Shown here in pieces: positions 1-9,105 of a stretch of DNA of 64,000 bases. Position numbers and translations under genes: made by a program. Origin of the DNA: Verrucomicrobiota bacterium (lineage in GTDB: Bacteria > Verrucomicrobiota > Verrucomicrobiia > Verrucomicrobiales > DEV007); contig JASFYY010000008.1 of assembly GCA_045046875.1 (NCBI GenBank), forward strand, positions 10,701-74,700, read 5' to 3'. The notes beneath the pieces are model-generated. The model was given only the letters and a program-made list of their open reading frames with translations, did no database searches and had not been told where the DNA came from. Each line of letters opens with the position of its first letter. The first letter of the stretch is position 1.

Positions 1-731
1 AAGTTGAAGACCAGGGCATGGTCATCCCAATGTTATGCTGCTCTCCTGATTTCACCCATCCCGACCGTGGATTCCGGGCCGACCAAGTGGTACAGCAAAA
101 AAAATGGATCCGCATGATCGCCACTCTAGGCGGTTCTTATTGCCGTGTCCTGTCCGGTCAGAAACGTCCCTCCCTCACTCGTGAAGAAGGCATCATCTAC
201 ACCACCGAATGCATCCAGGCGTGCCTGCCTTTTGCCGCTGACAACGGAATCACCCTGATTATCGAAAACCACTACAAAGACGATTTCTGGAAGTTCCCTG
301 AGTTCGCCCAGCCCATGGACATATTCTGCGACATCGTCAACCGCATCGACCACCCTAACTTTGGAGTCAACTATGACCCCTCCAATACCTACCTCATTGG
401 CGAAGATCCGCTCGAATTGCTGCGCCGCGTCGCCCCGCGAGTGGTGACCATGCACGCCAGCGACCGCTATCTCAAAGAAGGCAGCTTGGAAGATCTACGT
501 GCCGAAGAAATGGGTGCCGAAGGTTACGCCCAACGCCTGTGCCATGGTGAAGTCGGTCAGGGACTCAACGATTTTGACTCCATTTTTCAAATTGCCAAAG
601 ACTCCGGTTTTGGCAGTCCCGATCGCAAGCCGGAAAGCTGGATCAGCATCGAGGACGGCGTCGACGGCATCGAACAACTCGAACGCAGCGCCATCTTTCT
701 ACGCCAAAAAATCGCCCAATACTGGCCTTAA
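1..731 (+). CDS. Sugar phosphate isomerase/epimerase (xylose isomerase-like TIM barrel), 5'-partial
   Basis: Frame is open to the window edge upstream of Met at 18. Metal-ligand motifs IENH, NYDPSN, MHASD and SIED. Confidence 0.8.
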   Translation, partial: VEDQGMVIPMLCCSPDFTHPDRGFRADQVVQQKKWIRMIATLGGSYCRVLSGQKRPSLTREEGIIYTTECIQACLPFAADNGITLIIENHYKDDFWKFPEFAQPMDIFCDIVNRIDHPNFGVNYDPSNTYLIGEDPLELLRRVAPRVVTMHASDRYLKEGSLEDLRAEEMGAEGYAQRLCHGEVGQGLNDFDSIFQIAKDSGFGSPDRKPESWISIEDGVDGIEQLERSAIFLRQKIAQYWP

Positions 732-875
732 CCAGGTGCAGAACCGCTTCGACTCCCACCTGCAGATATGCGTAAAAAAACCTGTAAATTGGTTGCCTGC
801 CCCATACCACCACTGCACGACATTTTTCTACAACTTAAATATAGATTGTTTTCACGACTTAAATCTTCCCTCTTT

Positions 876-908
876 ATCGGTGTTTATCAGTGAAATCAGT
901 GGTTAAAT
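876..908 (+). repeat. Dispersed intergenic repeat, copy A (three ATCnGTG units ending GGTTAAAT)
   Basis: ATCGGTGTTT-ATCAGTGAA-ATCAGTGGTTAAAT; similar to 9045-9077 and 10098-10130. Confidence 0.65.
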
Positions 909-973
909 ATTTTTTCGTCGTGTAGTGTGTTTCCAGATCTTAACCATCTAGTCCGCACCTAACGCTTTATCCC

Positions 974-1498
974 ATGGGACAAATCCGACAACTTCAGCTT
1001 TCCTACAACCCGAATCAAGATCGACTCTTGTTCCGCCTAAGCACCGCCTCGGGCCGGCATTTGGAGGAATACCGTTTCTCGCTGACCCGCCGTTACGTCC
1101 GCCTGTTGTGGAAAGCCCTGCTCGAAATTTTAAAAAACAATCTGCCCGACGAAGACAGACAAAAAAGTGAACCCACTCAGGCCGCATCGATGGCTCTCAA
1201 ACATCAGGAAGTCGTTGCCCAAGCCGACTTTAAAACCCCCTTCAAAGAAAGCCACACTTACCCGCTGGGCGAAAAACCCATCCTGGTAGGCAAGCTCAGC
1301 CTCAAAAAAGGCCCTCAGGGCGGCCAACTGCTCTCCATGCATGCACTGAAAGGTGCCGGACTGGATTTCCATTTGAATGACCAATTGCTTCACTCTTTTT
1401 GCCAATTGCTTACTCAAGCCACTCAGCGTGCCGAATGGAACCTCGACCTGGATTTTGCCCAGGCAGAAAGCCTCATCTCCAAACAAAATCTCAACTGA
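974..1498 (+). CDS. Hypothetical protein, 174 aa
   Basis: Clean ORF filling the gap between neighbours, protein-like composition. N-terminus QLQLSYNPNQDRLLFRLST...FSLTRR; function not recognised. Confidence 0.7.
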   Translation: MGQIRQLQLSYNPNQDRLLFRLSTASGRHLEEYRFSLTRRYVRLLWKALLEILKNNLPDEDRQKSEPTQAASMALKHQEVVAQADFKTPFKESHTYPLGEKPILVGKLSLKKGPQGGQLLSMHALKGAGLDFHLNDQLLHSFCQLLTQATQRAEWNLDLDFAQAESLISKQNLN

Positions 1499-1585
1499 GC
1501 AAAAAGAAAGCTTGGCAGAACCACTCTTGGCATTTTAGATCAACTAACCCTTACAATTTTTTCATCAATTACGGCTACAAAGCAT

Positions 1586-2149
1586 ATGAGTAAAATCAGA
1601 ATACGGGTTCTACAGTTTTCCATGTTAGCAGTAGCTCTGCTTGGCCTGACCGGCTGCAGCCTGATCGGGCAAACTATTGGTGCCATCATCCCTCTGGCGG
1701 TTCGCTTGGCTCCGGTCAAATTGATGTTCCTCTGCATCCCGGAAAAAACACCCGTCGATACCCCCGACGGCCCGAAGGCCATCGAGTTGATCCGTCCCGG
1801 AGACCAAGTGATTGGTTTTGCCGGGCACCCTGTCCGGGTTCTGCAAATCCACGCCTATGCCGAAGACCCCACCCTCAAACGTTTTCTGCGCATCCAATTT
1901 AAAAACGGTGCCAAAGTGCAGCTCTGCGACATGCACCGCATCGATGGAACCCGTGCCCAGCATGTGAAAATTGGTGACCTTATTAATGAACAAAAAGTCA
2001 AATCCATTGAAAGCTTCGACGGAGTCATACGCTCCTACGACTTACTAACCGAAGATGAAGGCTACCAAATTTCCGGTTTACCAGTGAACAGCATGATCGA
2101 AGAAATGCTCGAAGCAGCGCGTAAAGGGCAGCAGCCCTCTCGTCATTGA
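1586..2149 (+). CDS. Lipoprotein with C-terminal Hint (Hedgehog/intein-like, BIL-type) autoprocessing domain
   Basis: Lipobox LTGC (Cys24). Hint block A C50-IPEKTPVDTPDGPKAIELIRPGDQV, block B LCDMH, block F/G RSYDLLTEDEGYQISGLPVNS. Confidence 0.8.
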   Translation: MSKIRIRVLQFSMLAVALLGLTGCSLIGQTIGAIIPLAVRLAPVKLMFLCIPEKTPVDTPDGPKAIELIRPGDQVIGFAGHPVRVLQIHAYAEDPTLKRFLRIQFKNGAKVQLCDMHRIDGTRAQHVKIGDLINEQKVKSIESFDGVIRSYDLLTEDEGYQISGLPVNSMIEEMLEAARKGQQPSRH

Positions 2150-2208
2150 TTTACCTCTCTCAAGCAAACCTACCAGGTTACCTCCTTTTCTTTTTTAACA
2201 CTATCCCC

Positions 2209-3561
2209 ATGACCATCCACCGCCTCCCCCTGTTACTGCTCTCCGTCGTTTTTTTCAATCTGCTCGACACCCCCTTCCCCGTATTGGCAAAAGATGCTAT
2301 TCCCGCCCATCAATTTCAAATTCCGGCAAGTGACGAAGGGCTACCCGGCGCTGGCCCAATCCGTCGCTACGACTGGTTCAAAAACCTGTGGCAAAAAAGG
2401 CGCGAAACATGGTCTCAGCAAATCCAGCAGGATCAGCAAAGTCTAGTTTTTCTTGGTGATTCGATTACCCAGGGGTGGAAGTCTGATATGGGAGGTAGCT
2501 TTGGTGATGTCAAAGTCGCCAACCGTGGCATCAGCGGTGATACCACCCGCGGAGTCCTCATCCGATTAAAAGAAGACGTGCTCTCACTCAATCCTTCCGG
2601 TGTGGTCATCCTGATCGGCACCAACGATCTTGAAGAAGGAGCCAGCGCAGAAGTGATCACTGGCAACCTGAAGCTGATCATTGCCGCTCTCAAAAAGCAC
2701 AACCCAAACATGCCGATCATTCTCTGCGATGTATTCCCCAGCTCGGAAAGCAAAAAACGCCCCGCTGATCAGATTAAAAAAATCAACCAACTCTATGCGG
2801 CCGCCATCAAGGGCGATTCACAAATCACGCGCCTCGATACCTGGGCTCTGTTTGCGGATGAAAACGGCAATGCCAAAAAAGAAGAATTTCCCGATCTGCT
2901 ACATCCCAATCAAATAGGCTACCACAAATGGGCTGCCGCCCTGCGCCCCATCCTCGCCACCCATGACTTTCTCGAAACACAAGCCGATGACTTCACCCCG
3001 GAACCCGGATTCACTGCGCTATTCAACGGCAAGGATCTGACCGGTTGGGAATTCCACGCAACAGCAAAAGTTGCCAAACCTAAAAAACCCAACCCCAAGC
3101 GTCCAGCCAGACCCCTGATTAAAGTCGACATTGCCTTCGATGGAAAAACTTCCAGCAGTGATGGACGTTACTTGGCCAAAAACGGCCGCCTGATCGTCAC
3201 AACCCCAGCCGAAGGGCGCCGCATCCAGCAGTTATGGACAACTCGGGAATTCCCCAATAATTTCATCCTCAAACTCGAATTCCGTGCCACACCCAATGCC
3301 GACAGCGGTATTTTTATCCGCAAACCCCAGTTGCAGTGCCGCGACTTCCCCCTCGCCGGCCCTTACAAGGATCTGAAAAATTACAAAGCCCAGGATTGGA
3401 ATGAAATGGTGATCACCGTCAAAGACGGCCTGGCTCACTGCACCTGTAATGGTGAAGTGCTCGAAGCCGCGCTCAAAGTTCCCGCCACCGGCCCGATCGG
3501 ACTGGAAGGTGATCGCGGCCAAATGGAATACCGCCGTATTCGCTTGAAAGAGTTACCTTAA
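2209..3561 (+). CDS. Secreted SGNH/GDSL esterase fused to a DUF1080 (3-keto-disaccharide hydrolase-like) domain
   Basis: GDSIT, NRGISGD, GTND and DLLHPN blocks, then LFNGKDLTGW...WNEMVI...GPIGLEG...EYRRIRLKEL. Start placed at MTIHR (signal peptide); ORF is open from 2146. Confidence 0.85.
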   Translation: MTIHRLPLLLLSVVFFNLLDTPFPVLAKDAIPAHQFQIPASDEGLPGAGPIRRYDWFKNLWQKRRETWSQQIQQDQQSLVFLGDSITQGWKSDMGGSFGDVKVANRGISGDTTRGVLIRLKEDVLSLNPSGVVILIGTNDLEEGASAEVITGNLKLIIAALKKHNPNMPIILCDVFPSSESKKRPADQIKKINQLYAAAIKGDSQITRLDTWALFADENGNAKKEEFPDLLHPNQIGYHKWAAALRPILATHDFLETQADDFTPEPGFTALFNGKDLTGWEFHATAKVAKPKKPNPKRPARPLIKVDIAFDGKTSSSDGRYLAKNGRLIVTTPAEGRRIQQLWTTREFPNNFILKLEFRATPNADSGIFIRKPQLQCRDFPLAGPYKDLKNYKAQDWNEMVITVKDGLAHCTCNGEVLEAALKVPATGPIGLEGDRGQMEYRRIRLKELP

Positions 3562-3579
3562 GGGTTCTGGCACCAAAGC

Positions 3580-4593
3580 TCACTTCACCGCCACCACCAT
3601 GAAGTCGGGACCAAGCAAATGCTCGACTCTGGCCTCTTTAAACCCGGCAGCTTTCATCCAGCCTATGCAATCAGCTCCGGTGTAATCAAATCCACCCGGA
3701 GTTTCAATCAGCATATTAAGACTCATCAGTAAACCAAAGGTATTTTCCCGCCGCTCATCATCGATCAAGGAATCATAAACGACAAACATTCCTCCTTCAG
3801 GCAAAGCTTGCCAGGCCTTGGCAATCAAGACCTTTTTCTGCTCCAGATCCCAATCATGGAGGATATGCCCCATCAAAATCACATCCGCCTTGGGCAAGTC
3901 ATCGGTGAAAAAATCTCCTCCAACAAAGGACAAATTCTCGCTCAGCCCGTTAGCTTCGACATAATCTTCAAAAACAGGTTCCACCTGCGGCAGATCAAAA
4001 CCCATACCCTTTAAGTGAGGCTGCACTTTTGCTATCTGCACAGCCAAATCCCCTTGTGCGGTGCCGACATCAGCAAAAGTAGAATAATCCGACCAAGGCA
4101 ACTGTTGCGCCATCGTCATATTAGCTCCACGACTCACCCCGGTCATCGCCCCAAGGAACTCCTTCAACTTCGCCGGATCCGCATATAACTCGAGGAACAA
4201 ATCGTCGCCATCCTTCTCCTCACTCTGTGGTTGCCCGGTTTTCAAGGCGGTCGTCAGGTGAGCCCAAGTCGGGTAAAGCCGGTTATTGGCCATTTCCAGA
4301 ATACCTCCCATGTAAGACTCTTTATTTTTGTCCAAAAACAAATCCGTTTCAGGCGCATTGGAATAAATACCTTTTTCTCGATTGAGAAAACCGAGGGCCA
4401 CCAAGGTATCAAGGAAATCCTGAGCACCTCGCTCGTGCAATCCAAGACGGTTTTGCAAAGCTTGCAAATCTTCTGCTTGTTTTGCTAATTCAGTGAACAG
4501 TTCAATTTCAACCGCGCTCAATAGCGCTTTGGATGCCCAGAAGGCAGTGCCGGTTTGCAAAATATGGTCAGGAGTAAGTGGAGTATCAGACAT
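3580..4593 (-). CDS. SAM-dependent O-methyltransferase (dimerisation + Methyltransf_2)
   Basis: DVGTAQG motif I, GFDLP, GGDFF, HILHDW. Start placed at MSDTP; ORF is open to 4629. Confidence 0.88.
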   Translation of the reverse strand: MSDTPLTPDHILQTGTAFWASKALLSAVEIELFTELAKQAEDLQALQNRLGLHERGAQDFLDTLVALGFLNREKGIYSNAPETDLFLDKNKESYMGGILEMANNRLYPTWAHLTTALKTGQPQSEEKDGDDLFLELYADPAKLKEFLGAMTGVSRGANMTMAQQLPWSDYSTFADVGTAQGDLAVQIAKVQPHLKGMGFDLPQVEPVFEDYVEANGLSENLSFVGGDFFTDDLPKADVILMGHILHDWDLEQKKVLIAKAWQALPEGGMFVVYDSLIDDERRENTFGLLMSLNMLIETPGGFDYTGADCIGWMKAAGFKEARVEHLLGPDFMVVAVK

Positions 4594-4712
4594 GTTGAAC
4601 AATGAACTTGAAAACCAAAATTTAAACAAGGGTTTTTCATAAAAAAATCACCAACAAATACAAAACCGCTCTAACAAAAGTTAACTTCCATCCACCACAA
4701 TGCCCTTTCAAC

Positions 4713-5066
4713 CTATACCAAATCCCCACCATCTCCATCGTGGAAATGTTTCATCAACTGGGCGTGGGATTGGATATTGTAGAAGCGGTATACTTCCTTG
4801 ATATACCCAGCTACTGTATTTTCGGAAATGCCGAGTTGCGCAGCAATCTGTTTGCGCCCAAGTCCCTCAAGGAGAAGATTCAATGTAGTTCTTTGCCGAG
4901 GCGATAACATTTGCCCTTTTATTTTTTTTGCCCGGGGCCAGGACTCAGCGTGAAGCCAAGGAACCTCCGAAAGCACAATATGGGCAATGCGCGCTTCTTT
5001 TTCAGTAAACAAACTATCGCTCTCCTTCTTATACATCGCAATCCATACAATTTGGTGGGTAGACAT
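4713..5066 (-). CDS. LuxR-type HTH regulator, probably an N-terminally truncated remnant
   Basis: LSPRQRTTLNLLLEGLGRKQIAAQLGISENTVAGYIKEVY. Only ~50 aa precede the HTH, and an in-frame stop lies 6 codons upstream of the ATG. Confidence 0.7.
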   Translation of the reverse strand: MSTHQIVWIAMYKKESDSLFTEKEARIAHIVLSEVPWLHAESWPRAKKIKGQMLSPRQRTTLNLLLEGLGRKQIAAQLGISENTVAGYIKEVYRFYNIQSHAQLMKHFHDGDGGDLV

Positions 5067-5261
5067 TTTAGGGAGAATGATTTAGCTCAGCTTTTATTAT
5101 CCTTGCCACTCTAACGAGCAGTAGGGTTTTTCGCTATACGTGAATATACGTATTTCCAACAAGAAAAATGTCCCCCAATTCGGGGGGGAGGGGGGGGGAG
5201 CCGTGTGGAAGATCTACTCAAAAAGCCCGCTTTACTATTTAACCCGCGTCCGCCTCTCTCG

Positions 5262-5285
5262 GCGGGTGGGGACACCCGCTCTACA
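5262..5285 (-). repeat. GTAG-type REP-like palindrome
   Basis: Minus strand reads TGTAG-A-GCGGGTG-TCCC-CACCCGC: GTAG tetranucleotide plus a perfect 7-bp GC-rich hairpin. Confidence 0.5.
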
Positions 5286-5361
5286 TCACTCCTCATTTTT
5301 CATCCTCACCTATTCACCTCCATTCGCACCTTCTTCCTCCCCCTCCTCACTTTCCGCATCC

Positions 5362-5865
5362 TTATTCAACATTCTTCTCCTCCACCACCTCGGCTTCGAT
5401 GATCACATCTTCTTGTGAGCGATTGCGCCCGGCTTCTGAAAAAACCCGATCCCTCTCCCCTTGCTCACCGCCCATGTTCATATCCATATCACTACCCACC
5501 ACTTGGATTTTTTCTTTTAGATATTTTCCCAAGTGTTTTTTCACTACCGCCCGAACACCAGGTATCAATAAAGAGAAGCCCACAGCATCAGTGAGAAATC
5601 CAGGCGTCAGCAAAACCGCACCAGCTACCAGAATGATTAAACCATCGATGATCTCCTCATGTGGCAAACGTCCTTCATTCAACGCCTGTTGGTAACTAAG
5701 CAATGCGCGCATGCCTTGCAATCGGGTCAACCAGGCTCCCAAAAAACCTGTCAGCAAAATAATTCCGAAAGTAGGAAAAATACCAATGCTCTTACCTAGA
5801 GTCATAAAAAGAACCAACTCAAGAACAGGAACGGTAATAAACAAAATGAGCAATCTCGCAAACAT
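5362..5865 (-). CDS. fxsA: FxsA family membrane protein
   Basis: LFITVPVLEL, TGFLGAWL..QG, GAVLLTPGFLTDAVG signature. Confidence 0.9.
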   Translation of the reverse strand: MFARLLILFITVPVLELVLFMTLGKSIGIFPTFGIILLTGFLGAWLTRLQGMRALLSYQQALNEGRLPHEEIIDGLIILVAGAVLLTPGFLTDAVGFSLLIPGVRAVVKKHLGKYLKEKIQVVGSDMDMNMGGEQGERDRVFSEAGRNRSQEDVIIEAEVVEEKNVE

Positions 5866-5920
5866 AATCTGATATCAGTATAAGCCCAATTTTTCACTTG
5901 CGCGACCCACAGATGGGCAT

Positions 5921-5953
5921 AAAAAAACTCCGGATCTCTCGATCCGGAGTTTT
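5921..5953 (-). terminator. Rho-independent terminator of the glutamine synthetase gene
   Basis: Minus strand AAAACTCCGGATC-GAGA-GATCCGGAG-TTTTTTT, ~30 nt after the stop. Confidence 0.8.
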
Positions 5954-5984
5954 CCATTTTGTCCTTCCGAACAAATTTTCACAC

Positions 5985-8138
5985 CTAACGGAGGAACAAA
6001 AGTTCCTGATAGGTTGGCAAAGGCCAAAGATCATCAGCGACGACAGCCTCCAATTTATCGACCACCGAACGAACCTTGAGCATTGCAGGCAGGACATTTT
6101 TTACCCAATCCTGTGGATCTGCTCCTGCTGCTGCGTGAGCTTTTTCCAAAACCACAATCGTATCTTCCAGGTCAGAAACCAATCCCGCCAAAGCTGACGC
6201 AGTAGTGAGATCAGCAGCCATGCCAATTTCTTTCATCTTGGCAGCCGTGCTGGCCAACTCATTGAGATAACGAGTCGCTGCTGGGTAGATCATGGTTTTA
6301 GCCATCTCTGTCACCAGATTAGCTTCCACGTTCACATGCGCACAATATTGCTCGGAATAAACTTCCTGGCGACTGTGCAACTCCTGTTGGCTCAACACAT
6401 CGTATTTTTCGAACAACTCCACCACTTCCTTGCTGGTCAAAACCGGCAGAGAGTCAGCAGTCGTTTTCAGGTTTGGCAAACCGCGTTTGGCCGCTTCTTC
6501 ATGCCATTCAGTCGAATAACCGTCACCGTTGAAAATGATGTTACCATGTTTCACCATGATCTCCTGCAACACTTTCTGAATCGCTGCATTCAGGTCATCC
6601 GCCCCTTCAAGCTGGCTGGCGATGAAGTCGAGTGACTCCGCCACGATCGTATTCATCGCAACTAATGGGCCTGAGATCGATTGGTTCGATCCCACGGCAC
6701 GGAACTCAAAACGGTTACCTGTGAAAGCAAAAGGCGAAGTCCGGTTACGGTCACCTGCATCCTTAGGAAGGTCTGGCAAAGTATCCACCCCGATGTTGAG
6801 TATGCCTCTTTGTTTTGAGTTGGTAGCTCCGCCACCTTTGATTTGATCAAACACATCCGAGAGCTGCTCTCCGAGGAAAATAGAAATGATCGCCGGCGGC
6901 GCTTCATTCGCTCCCAAACGATGATCATTACCAGCAGAAGCCACCACCGCACGCAGCAGCGGAGCGTAAATGCTGACTGCACGAATCACAGCACCCGCAA
7001 AAACCAGGAACTGAGCGTTTTCGTGTGGTGTGTCACCGGGATCCATCAGGTTTTTCTGCGTCGAGTTTCCCATCGACCAGTTGACGTGTTTACCCGACCC
7101 ATTAAGACCAGCAAAAGGCTTTTCGTGCATCAGACACAACAGACCGTGTTTATCCGCAACCTTCTTGAGCGTCGTCATGATCAACTGCTGATGATCAGAT
7201 CCCACATTGGCTGATTCAAAAACCGGAGCGATTTCATACTGCCCGGGAGCCACTTCGTTGTGACGTGTTTTTGAAGGGATGCCCAACTTGAAAAGCTCAC
7301 GATCCACATCATACATGCAAGCCATGATGCGATCGGGGATCACACCAAAGTAGTGATCGTCAAACTCCTGCCCTTTTGGAGGCGCCGCACCAAAAACTGT
7401 GCGTCCGGCAGCCAACAAATCAGGACGGCCATAAGCGAGTCCTTTGTCGATCAAAAAATACTCTTGCTCAGGACCAGCACTGGCCGTGATGTTGGCAATC
7501 TTGTCGTGCCCGAACAATTCGAGAATTCGACGAGCCTGTTTATCCAAAGCCTGCATCGATTTCAATACGGGAGTCTTTTTATCCAAAGCCTCACCCGTCC
7601 ATGAGACAAACGAAGTTGGGATGTTCAAAGTGGTGCCATTCGGGTTCTCAACGAGATACGCCGGGCTGGTCACATCCCAAGCCGTGTATCCACGAGCCGT
7701 GTGAGTCGCGCGAATGCCCCCATTAGGAAAAGATGAAGCGTCCGGTTCGCCCTGAATCAAAGTCTTGCCTTTGAAGTTGGAGATAGCCGCCGTGCCGTCG
7801 GGAGACGGGTCATAAAAACTGTCATGTTTCTCTGCAGTGAATCCGGTCAGTGGATAAAACACGTGAGTGAAGTGAGTCGCGCCTTTGGCCATCGCCCAGT
7901 TTTTCATCGCTTCCGCGACTTCATCGGCAATCGATTCATCCAGTTTGACTCCTCCACTGATCGTTTTTTTGATCGAGGTGAAAGTCTCAGGACTGAGCAC
8001 CTTTTCCATCACCGTGAGGCTAAAGGTGTTAGCTCCAAAAATAGTTTCTGGAGATTCGTCTGAGAAATTGACGGTATTTTCTGTCGCACATCGATTAGCG
8101 ATATTTGACACGGCTTCCGAGCGGGCTGTTGTTTTCAT
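5985..8138 (-). CDS. glnN: Glutamine synthetase type III
   Basis: 717 aa. [81 protein letters not shown]. Confidence 0.96.
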   Translation of the reverse strand: MKTTARSEAVSNIANRCATENTVNFSDESPETIFGANTFSLTVMEKVLSPETFTSIKKTISGGVKLDESIADEVAEAMKNWAMAKGATHFTHVFYPLTGFTAEKHDSFYDPSPDGTAAISNFKGKTLIQGEPDASSFPNGGIRATHTARGYTAWDVTSPAYLVENPNGTTLNIPTSFVSWTGEALDKKTPVLKSMQALDKQARRILELFGHDKIANITASAGPEQEYFLIDKGLAYGRPDLLAAGRTVFGAAPPKGQEFDDHYFGVIPDRIMACMYDVDRELFKLGIPSKTRHNEVAPGQYEIAPVFESANVGSDHQQLIMTTLKKVADKHGLLCLMHEKPFAGLNGSGKHVNWSMGNSTQKNLMDPGDTPHENAQFLVFAGAVIRAVSIYAPLLRAVVASAGNDHRLGANEAPPAIISIFLGEQLSDVFDQIKGGGATNSKQRGILNIGVDTLPDLPKDAGDRNRTSPFAFTGNRFEFRAVGSNQSISGPLVAMNTIVAESLDFIASQLEGADDLNAAIQKVLQEIMVKHGNIIFNGDGYSTEWHEEAAKRGLPNLKTTADSLPVLTSKEVVELFEKYDVLSQQELHSRQEVYSEQYCAHVNVEANLVTEMAKTMIYPAATRYLNELASTAAKMKEIGMAADLTTASALAGLVSDLEDTIVVLEKAHAAAGADPQDWVKNVLPAMLKVRSVVDKLEAVVADDLWPLPTYQELLFLR

Positions 8139-8213
8139 TGGTTCTGTTTCTTGCTATTTAAAAGATGTCGCGCTAAAAACGATAGAATGTTTTGCTGTCG
8201 ACATCTTCTATAA

Positions 8214-8230
8214 AGCACGGATTGTGCCAA
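8214..8230 (-). promoter_or_regulatory. Sigma54 (-24/-12) promoter upstream of glutamine synthetase
   Basis: TTGGCACAATCCGTGCT has exact GG-N10-GC spacing and lies ~75 nt upstream of the start codon. Confidence 0.7.
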
Positions 8231-8243
8231 GTGGAAAATAGGA

Positions 8244-9035
8244 ATGATTGAATTATCACCATATCATCAAATTGAGCTGGCTCCCGCCTGGGAGGCTTTA
8301 CGCGACAATCCGCCTGATCGGGATCAAGTGATCCGCACCCTTTCCCGCAAAATGCTCAACGACCAACCCTTGATCCAAGGGGATTTGGTCTATGCCGGGC
8401 GGGATACTAAAGCCGAATTCCCACTGGCGGAAAAATATCCGGTGCACTTCCGCAAAACCTACTATCCAGGGGCATTTCACAAACCGCCACAGCAGGAATT
8501 TGATCATCATTTGCAGATTTCGCAGATCCTCGACGTGCCAGCCCCCATCGGAGCCACCAAAAAAGTCTTCCGCTCCTGCCTGATTCCCGGAATACCCCTG
8601 AACAAACTCTGCCCCTTTGGTGTAGAGCCCCTGGAACACAACATCGCTCTCGCCGAAGAGCAAAATACCACCTCGCTGATGGGATTGTGGCATCTGCTCG
8701 AAACCCTCGACCAACAAATCTCAAAACTGCATGCCGCCGGGCTGGCCCATGGCGACCTTTTTTTCCATAACGTCATCGTGCCCTCTTCTCCCATCGGCGT
8801 TTTCCTGATCGATTTTGAGCTCGCGGTGGAAAAAAACAAGGTCAGCGAAGAAATCTGGCAAAAAGCCTGCCAATCCGATCTCGAAGAATTGCAACGCAAC
8901 GCCGTTTATCTCCAATGCGTACTTGGCAAACAAACCGGCCCGCTGGCAGAAAAATCCCTTAGCCGACTGGATACGCTGTTTACCAACACCGCCTCCCGCT
9001 TCCAAAAAGCCGTGGACCGCCACTCTTTTTTGTAG
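8244..9035 (+). CDS. Protein-kinase-like fold protein (RIO/Kdo/APH-like)
   Basis: Catalytic loop LHAAGLAHGDLFFHN and LIDFE motif. Confidence 0.7.
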   Translation: MIELSPYHQIELAPAWEALRDNPPDRDQVIRTLSRKMLNDQPLIQGDLVYAGRDTKAEFPLAEKYPVHFRKTYYPGAFHKPPQQEFDHHLQISQILDVPAPIGATKKVFRSCLIPGIPLNKLCPFGVEPLEHNIALAEEQNTTSLMGLWHLLETLDQQISKLHAAGLAHGDLFFHNVIVPSSPIGVFLIDFELAVEKNKVSEEIWQKACQSDLEELQRNAVYLQCVLGKQTGPLAEKSLSRLDTLFTNTASRFQKAVDRHSFL

Positions 9036-9044
9036 ATCACCACC

Positions 9045-9077
9045 ATCAGTGTCCATCAATGAAATCGGTGGTTATAA
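9045..9077 (+). repeat. Dispersed intergenic repeat, copy B
   Basis: ATCAGTGTCC-ATCAATGAA-ATCGGTGGTTATAA. Confidence 0.6.
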
Positions 9078-9105
9078 AAAATTTCCTCGTGTAGTATCCC
9101 TCACC

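Noticed and set aside
735..765. CTTCGACTCCC, T-loop-like sequence in an intergenic region
   Set aside because: No acceptor, D or anticodon arms recognisable
8815..9105. N-terminal extension of the enoyl reductase ORF
   Set aside because: Overlaps the kinase gene in another frame; MDR similarity begins at MKTALF (9106)
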